From NCBI GenBank assembly GCA_028870995.1, contig JAGWOI010000004.1, positions 17,578 through 81,577 of the forward strand: a DNA stretch of 64,000 nt. The letters run 5' to 3'. The position numbers were made by a program, and so were the translations under genes. Within the stretch, counting starts at the first letter, position 1. Each line of letters begins with the position of its first letter. Below the pieces are notes generated by a model. It was not told where the DNA came from, did no database searches, and saw only the letters and a list, made by a program, of their open reading frames with translations. Positions 63,938-64,000 of this stretch are shown here, one piece after another. This stretch comes from Candidatus Omnitrophota bacterium (GTDB taxonomy: Bacteria > Omnitrophota > Gorgyraeia > Zapsychrales > Fredricksoniimonadaceae).

Positions 63938-64000
63938 ATTTATGGTAATATAGTCTCAATTCTGATTGGTTTATGGAAAATCTGCGCCTGTAGCTCAACT

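Noticed and set aside
1-64000. CRISPR arrays, rRNA genes, IS elements or transposases
   Set aside because: No regularly spaced repeat-spacer arrays, no rRNA-like conserved segments and no DDE, HUH or serine recombinase ORFs were found. The only dispersed repeat is the short GGGGACWGTCCCC palindrome family.

Overview
This is a 64-kb, high-GC (roughly 55–60% by eye) bacterial chromosomal segment from a Gram-negative-type organism; outer-membrane beta-barrels ending in C-terminal Phe and lipoprotein lipoboxes are present. Almost all genes lie on the + strand. Nothing in the sequence lets me assign a taxon, and all homology calls are from motif-level reading of the translated ORFs.

Gene content, in order:
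1. A periplasmic FKBP-type PPIase, then a CBS-pair protein, a DUF47 (PhoU-like) protein and a PiT phosphate permease.
2. A giant 2915-aa multidomain envelope protein (2918..11665).
3. A high-affinity phosphate-uptake locus bracketed by two outer-membrane porins: porin, pstS, pstC, pstA, pstB, phoU, porin. An 11-bp tandem repeat upstream of the first porin looks like a Pho box.
4. An accessory-looking stretch (19.4–23.4 kb). It holds a single-pass membrane protein co-transcribed with a ParA/MinD-type ATPase that carries a C-terminal CBM48/AMPK-beta glycogen-binding domain. It also holds a DUF4870-like membrane protein, a lysine-rich histone-H1-like protein with an EF-Tu-domain-2-like beta-barrel, an orphan Flp-type pilin and several small hypotheticals.
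5. Housekeeping genes: rpsO, pnp, ftsK, a RodZ-like protein, rimO, pgsA, pgpA, a BI-1 family protein and, on the reverse strand, an ICMT-family methyltransferase and a CinA-C (PncC-like) protein.
6. A riboflavin operon, ribBA, ribH, nusB, a PHP phosphoesterase, ribD, ribE, followed by fabZ, a YaeQ-like protein, a 50-aa secreted poly-His peptide, tRNA-Pro(CGG), acyP, ligA, xerD, rbfA, nrnA, truB and ribF.
7. A long dcw cell-wall/division cluster: mraZ, rsmH, ftsL, ftsI, murE, murF, mraY, murD, ftsW, murG, a peptidase-MA-like protein, murC, ddl, ftsQ, ftsA. It has no murB, and no ftsZ follows ftsA within the window.

Most interesting candidates:
- the ParA–CBM48 fusion operon, a possible glycogen-granule positioning system;
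- the giant envelope protein embedded in the phosphate regulon;
- a recurring palindromic AAAAAGGGGACWGTCCCCTTTTT element that also sits twice inside a CDS;
- the poly-His secreted peptide;
- the PHP phosphatase inside the rib operon;
- the ftsZ-less, murB-less dcw cluster with an inserted metallopeptidase-like gene.
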